This document shows, one piece after another, positions 56,937-64,000 of a stretch of 64,000 nucleotides of DNA. The number at the start of each line of letters is the position of its first letter. Position 1 is the first letter of the stretch. The stretch covers positions 19,096,001-19,160,000 of the forward strand of contig OZ024753.1 in assembly GCA_964016885.1 (NCBI GenBank). Direction: 5' to 3'. This DNA is from Eledone cirrhosa. Lineage: Eukaryota. Both the position numbers and the translations under genes were made by a program. Below the pieces are notes generated by a model. The model was not told the origin of the DNA, searched no databases, and saw only the letters and a list, made by a program, of their open reading frames with translations.

Positions 56937-59900
56937 TGTTAATGTCAGCTATAAGAAGAAAGAAAGAAAGAAAGAGGAGGGAAGGTCGGTATTACAGTCA
57001 GGCCAGGATTTTCGCGAACAAATATTTTTTTTATTCTACGGGACCCGTATCTAAACAACTACTACTGGTCAGATATAGGCGAACAAAAGGGGGGAAGGAA
57101 GATAAGTCTGCGGGAGGAAGACAGAAAGAGGGGAGAAAAGAAGGAAGAAAAGGAAGAAGTAGAAGAGTAAGGGTTGATGGCTACAAGAAGGGAGATAGAA
57201 AGAAAGAGGAAGAAAGGTCGATATTAATGTCAGACTAATAGGATAGAAAGAAAGAGGAAGAAAGGTCGATAATAATGTTTAGACTTATAGGATGAGGTCA
57301 AAGATTAATAATTAATAATTAATATCAGAGAAATTAGAAAATTTAAAGTTAAACAGTTTAACATTTTAATGTTGACATAATAGTTCTGATTTGATCTGTA
57401 GTTTAAAGGTACTATGTGGCGGTTAAAAAGTGGCCGCGCTCCGGGCCCCCCGGGGCGGATGAAACCATTCCGAGTATTTTCATTTACCGAAAGAAGGGGA
57501 ATTTTATTTTTCCAAGCACTCAAGGTAGGCCCGTGCCCCAAGGGGCCGGTCGCGCCGCCATTAAAACCCACACAACAGTCCGACAGAAAGTTGGAACTTT
57601 AAAATATAATTTAAATTTATAGGATGAAGTTGAAGGAATTCAGAATAACATAATAAAATTAAAGAGTAAGAAGATTGAGAATTGAACAAACAGAAAATTG
57701 AAAATCAAACATTTAAGAAAAACTTCTATAAGGTTTCGGGTTGCGGGGTTTAATTAAAGAGAGTCTTTTATGAACAGACGTTAATTGTATTATGTAGATC
57801 TATAATTTATCCTAGTTGGATGTAGAGTACGGGATATAGTCGGGTGATATTATTTTGTTCTCGGGGGGAGACATTCTAGTGTCATGTGCTAATGGGTACA
57901 AGTGAGCAAAAGTCCCAGTAGGAGGAGTAGAAATACATGGATACATAGAAGTGGAATACGCGGAAGAGCACATTGATAAGGCAAAGGTATAAATATATAA
58001 ATATATCAATATATAAATATAAATATGTAAATAAACCAACAAGAGTGGTGTTGGAGTAAGATGGAGAAAGCAAGACATAGTAGAAGTACAATATAGTTCA
58101 GGTTGCAGTATTAATGTTCCCAGGGGGAGACATTCCAGTGTCGTGTGCTAAGGGTACACGCGAGTAAAAGTCCGAATAAGGGAAGTAAAAGTACATGGAT
58201 GTATAGAGGTAGAATACGTGGAAAAGCATTAATACAGCAATAAAGATATAAAGATATAAATAAATAGACAAGAGTCGGGTAAATGGATAGTTCAAGACAC
58301 AGGACAAATACAATATAGTTCAAGTTGCAGTCAGATAATACATATAGATGTGGAAATTGAGTCAGTGTGTGTTCGAATTCAGTGTGAGTTATACATACCC
58401 GAAGTATAGGGTAGCTAATTTAGTTGATACAGTGCAGTACAATACATGTTATGGTATCATCCGTAGAGTTTCGTCGAGGTCCGAATATTCTGAGAGGGAA
58501 GTACCAATGGGCCAGGTTGGTGGTAGGCGAAAACACCGAGTAGCCACAGTCCGAATGGTCGTTAGATATATTCAGTCCCATGTCGATGTTCATTATTACA
58601 TTTGGAAGTGCTCGACATCTCAGGAGGATTATTTATTCAGGTTTGAGGTTCACCACTGTATGGAGCTGGTCTATTCCGTATGGTCAATCGTAATGTAATA
58701 ATATAGAGAGTACTCAACGTAAAGCAGTTCAACCGTCTTTGTTTTTGTAGTTGGTGGTGCTATTCCGGAGTTAAATATTATAATGAAATGACAGGAGGCT
58801 GGATTTGTGTAAATCCTTGAAAGGTTTATTATACTATGATCATGTCAATGACCGGGTTCCGTATGAATACGGTGATATCACCAGGTATTCGAAATATAAT
58901 ACGTGAATGTAATAGATAAAATCCATGGGGCTGAAAATCGAGGACACGAGGGCGACCGCTATCTTGCACCCTCTAACTTAGCCGGTCGCCCTCGAGTGAC
59001 GTGGCTAAAGCTCACAGTGTGCTACTACCGGTCAGATAAAGGAAAACAGAAAGGGATGGGAACATAAGTTACAAGACAAAAGAAAGAAAGAAAGAAAGGA
59101 AGGAGAGAGAAGAAGGGGGAATGAAGAAGAGAAGCCAGGGTTAATGTCAGCTATAAGAAGAAAGACAGAAATAAGAAGAAAGACAGGAGGGAAGGTCGGT
59201 ATTAGAGTCAGGACAGGATTGTCGCGAAGAAAACTTTTTTTATTCTACGGGACCCGTATCTAAACACTACTACTGGTCAGATATAGGCGAACAAAAAGGG
59301 GGAAGGAAGATAAGTCTGCGGGAGGAAGACAGAAAGAGGGGAGAAAAGAAGGAAGAAAAGGAAGAAGTAGAAGAGTAAGGGTTGATGGCTACAAGAAGGG
59401 AGATAGAATGAAAGAGGAAGAAAGGTCGATATTAATGTCAGACAACAGTCAGGCCAGGAGTGGCGCGAGAAAATGTTCACAGGGACCCGTATCTTAGCAG
59501 AGGTGCATATAGTGGGGGTCAGTGTGTTATAATGTGTGAGCAGAAGATTGAAACGTTACGTTTTTGTTTATACTTATAGGATGAGGTCAAAGATTAATAA
59601 TTAATAATTAATAATTAATATCAGAGAAATTAGAAAATTTAAAGTTAAACAGTTTAAGATTTTAAGGTTGATATATCTAATAGTTCTGATTTGATCTATA
59701 GTTTAAAGGTACTATGTGGCGGTTAAAAACCGGCCGCGCTCCGGGGGCCCCCGGGGCGGATTAAGCCAATCCGAGTATTTTCATTTACCGAAAGAAGGGG
59801 AAATTTATTTTTCCAAGCACTCAAGGTAGGCCCTTGCCCCAGGGGGCCGGTCGTGCCGCCATTAAAACCCACCCAACAGTCCGACAGAAAGTTGGAACTT

Positions 59901-59951
59901 TAAAATATAGTTTAAATTTATAGGATGAAGTTGAAGGAATTCAGAATAACA
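56937..59951. repeat. Long direct repeats (56937-57650 / 59139-59951) around a non-coding interior
   Basis: The repeats align apart from indels. The interior has a ~258-bp tandem duplication (57825-58330) and a GC hairpin at 58947-58995. Confidence 0.75.
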
Positions 59952-60183
59952 TTATTTTAATAAGTCATAGTGTTAAGGACAATTAGAAAAAAGTCGGATA
60001 TTTCTCCACGTTTTTTATTTCTCTCTCCGTCTTTTTCTTTCTCTCCGTCTTTTTTCTAATTGTCCTTAACACTATGACTTATTAAAATAATATAAACAAC
60101 TCACTATCCAGATGGCCTCCAAAAATAATGGTTACATTTTAAAAGGGTACGTCAAAGCTTATTTGTAAAACTGTTATATATTG

Positions 60184-60248
60184 TATTTCGTCTGATGAAG
60201 TCATACCATAATTTAATTTGTTATGCCTGAAATATGTATAATGAAATA
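60184..60248 (+). ncRNA. Type I hammerhead ribozyme (1.9-kb family)
   Basis: TATTTCGT-CTGATGA-AGTCATA..TATGCCT-GAAA-T-ATGT-A-TA-ATGAAATA. 8-bp stem I. Confidence 0.75.
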
Positions 60249-60287
60249 AATATGGTTTTATAAATATAGTTTCCATCTATTAATATC

Positions 60288-61310
<1,023 letters not shown>

Positions 61311-61530
61311 CGGATTAACAAATAATAGTTAAATGCAGTCCACTTAGGTGAAGTCCAGTTATGGTATTCCAGGTAGTGGATGATATTAACGCTTGGCTTG
61401 GTTTGACTCAACAAGGCGTTTTCATAGTGATGCTGCGGGTATGCTGTAATTCCTATGTTGTAAACACTTGGAGTAATAATAAATCAGGAAAGAAGGTTTA
61501 CATGGTTTGCTATACAAAAAAGTTTTTAAT

Positions 61531-61647
61531 CACATAGCTTACATTTGTTTCACTGAACTGGTATGTCTAGAGATCGCTATCCGCCTAATTTTGCGTCACT
61601 CGATCGCCAATACAGAATTATAACCAGTCAGATCTTCGGAGCATGCG
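61531..61647 (-). ncRNA. Hammerhead motif (U4 changed to C) with a long stem II, downstream of the intact PLE ORF
   Basis: Minus strand: GCT-CCGAAGA-T-CTGACTGGT..ACCAGTTCAG-T-GAAAC-AAAT-GTA-AGC. Confidence 0.55.
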
Positions 61648-61994
61648 AGAATGAAGAAAATACACAGGCAAGAAAATAAAAGAAAATATGGAGTAGTTAT
61701 GGCATTCAATTAGAACAATAAACAACAACAATTATTACAACAATGCTATCAATAAACTATTTAAGGAGACCCTGACATTACTTAGGTGGGGTGTATATAA
61801 TGTATCTAATGTTACGGCGTGAAAACCAGCTGTCATAAGGCAAAAAGTATCGTAGTGTGTATCAATTTTAAATTATAAAGATAAGCTAGTTTTTACAGTC
61901 TTTCTCTTCATCTTCAACCGTATACATGAGTGGGACCACTGTCAAAGCTCAATAGTTGTAGAGTTAATACAGAGGTTAACGAATTAATATACGC

Positions 61995-62093
<99 letters not shown>

Positions 62094-62364
62094 TAAATAC
62101 ATATACACATATATGTGTACATAGACACATACATACACACTAATATACACTCGTACAAAAATATACATACATGCAAAGAGAAAAGCGTGCTAATTGTAAT
62201 ATGGCAAAAAGAAGGTAAAGTAACATTGTAGTAGTGAAATGAGAAAAACTAGGATCTAGGATCAAATGATTGCAGCAGCTGAGAAGGAGTAAGATTGTTG
62301 GTAGATGAGGTATTTACAGACTATTGTGTGGTATAGACTTGTGAAGGAAATAGTATACTTAATG

Positions 62365-62417
<53 letters not shown>

Positions 62418-62463
62418 TGGGTAGTAGGTATCCTAATTTAAAGCTATGTTATGTTGGTTCGAT

Positions 62464-63999
62464 TCACGGAGGTTTGAATCTTATGAATTTAGTGGCTATT
62501 CTATGCCTGCAGAAGATAGATCTTTCTAACTTATTATTAAGTAGTCTTTTAACATTTCTAAGGATATACAATAGCTCAAGATCACACAGCCCGCAATAGG
62601 ACATACCTGTACTATAGGTTTTAGCAGCCGACAACTTCGACCAGTTGATAGTGTAGCTAGCGTTGCTGTCCTTCAATTCCCATATTTTTCTGGCGAGGGT
62701 GGTGGAACCCATAAGAGCTCGGTTTTTCATCGAGTGCCTGTGCACATACCATCTTTTCTTAAAAGAACCCGCGGTGGATCCTATGTAATTCCAAGTGGAG
62801 TTACCCGAGATGACAGTGCACATGTACACCAGACTCGAATCGAGACATCTATTCGCCAATGGGCACCTATCTGGGAGGTGACAGTTGCAGTTTGAGGCGC
62901 TATTATGTGCAGCTTTTACATTCCTATTTAGTACCCTGTTATAAGTGGGTTGTGATATATGCCCAATGGGGTTTTGCTGCTGCGCGTTTGTATGCGCTTG
63001 TGGTTGTGATGTTGTGATGAGTTTGTGCTTATGTATAGGTGCAATTGATTTACTTGAGATATTTCTGCGGTTGATCTTGCGTATGTGTGATTCTATGTTA
63101 GCTGCTGTTGAAAAAGAGAGTTTTATAGTAGATCTATTGAGTAGTTTGTGATATCTATGCGAGATAGGGAAGTGTTTATCTATTAGTTTAAAGAATATAG
63201 AGGGCAGTCTAGTTTTTATAGAGGAGTTGAATATTGGGTTGAACCATAGGTATTTCCTTTGTCTGTTTCTTCTATTGTTTCTAGGGTTTACATTATTAGT
63301 GTTTTGGCCGTTTACTCTAGGTGTTACATGTCTAACCCTATGTCTAGTCAAGCTATTCTTATTATTATGTGAGCGGTTGGAGTAGAAATTACTAGGATTG
63401 TTTATGTTGTCCTTATTCACTATATACTGTAGTTTATCTTTATGACCGGCCCTACTTAATGCTGCATTATAATAGTCAGCATGCTCGTTAAAGATTTCTA
63501 GGTTTGAGGATAGGCGGGATATTCGGAGGGATATACTACGTGCTATGGATTTAATTATGGATTTGGGGTGATTTGAGTTGTAACTAATGTAGGCAAGATT
63601 TTCATTATTTTTGTGGAAAGGTTCTATTAATCCAGTATTTAGATTTAGAGTTACATCTAGAAAATTTACCTTCTTATGGTTTAGTTCGTAGGTAATACTT
63701 AGGCCTAGTTTTTTGAAGAATATTCTAATATTTTTCCTTAGTCTTTCCATGCTCTGGTTGTTTAGGTTCCTAGCTATAAGTAACGTGTCGTCCCTATAAA
63801 TTCCTCCTTGGAGGTTACTGAATTCCTTATGTAGGTTGTGTGCTATGAATAGCCCCACGATATCTGTAATTTGCGCAGAATCATTTGAACCCATTGTAAT
63901 ATCGAAGCTATTTATTCTATCCTTTCTTACCCAGTAGTTATTTTCAAATTTTACGATAGTCCTTCTAGCCGCTATTATTATTTCAATTTCATCATGGGT
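62464..63999 (-). CDS. Penelope-like (Naiad-like) RT/GIY-YIG polyprotein, open to the window edge
   Basis: FDITMGSNDSAQITDIVG, GGIYRDD, FLDVTLNL, SNHP, WFNPIF, CNCHLPDRCPLANRC, VYMC..YIGST..FKKRW..H, CGLCDLE..LLN..CRH. No stops from 63999. Confidence 0.9.
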   Translation of the reverse strand, partial: THDEIEIIIAARRTIVKFENNYWVRKDRINSFDITMGSNDSAQITDIVGLFIAHNLHKEFSNLQGGIYRDDTLLIARNLNNQSMERLRKNIRIFFKKLGLSITYELNHKKVNFLDVTLNLNTGLIEPFHKNNENLAYISYNSNHPKSIIKSIARSISLRISRLSSNLEIFNEHADYYNAALSRAGHKDKLQYIVNKDNINNPSNFYSNRSHNNKNSLTRHRVRHVTPRVNGQNTNNVNPRNNRRNRQRKYLWFNPIFNSSIKTRLPSIFFKLIDKHFPISHRYHKLLNRSTIKLSFSTAANIESHIRKINRRNISSKSIAPIHKHKLITTSQPQAHTNAQQQNPIGHISQPTYNRVLNRNVKAAHNSASNCNCHLPDRCPLANRCLDSSLVYMCTVISGNSTWNYIGSTAGSFKKRWYVHRHSMKNRALMGSTTLARKIWELKDSNASYTINWSKLSAAKTYSTGMSYCGLCDLELLYILRNVKRLLNNKLERSIFCRHRIATKFIRFKPP

Positions 64000-64000
64000 A

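Overview
AT-rich eukaryotic repeat-dense DNA, probably an octopod cephalopod (inferred from the SINE sequence). I recognise no host gene; most long 'ORFs' are (TA)n/(TATG)n microsatellite artefacts. Retroelements sit between the microsatellite tracts: two near-full-length decayed R4/Dong-type LINEs plus a third fragment, a decayed CR1-type LINE, RTE fragments, a bipartite RTE-derived SINE-like family, a tRNA-type SINE family, a solo LTR, and several Penelope-like elements (PLEs, Naiad-like GIY-YIG). One PLE ORF is intact up to the window edge. The most striking signal, read by eye, is roughly two dozen type I hammerhead ribozyme (HHR) motifs from many different families. They include U3-A8 core covariants, palindromic minimal stem III forms and long stem II forms. 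They mostly lie in cassettes made of two element 3' ends fused back-to-back inside (TA)n tracts, sometimes from different families. One 561-nt tandem HHR unit resembles a non-LTR retrozyme. All folds and family assignments are manual and untested.
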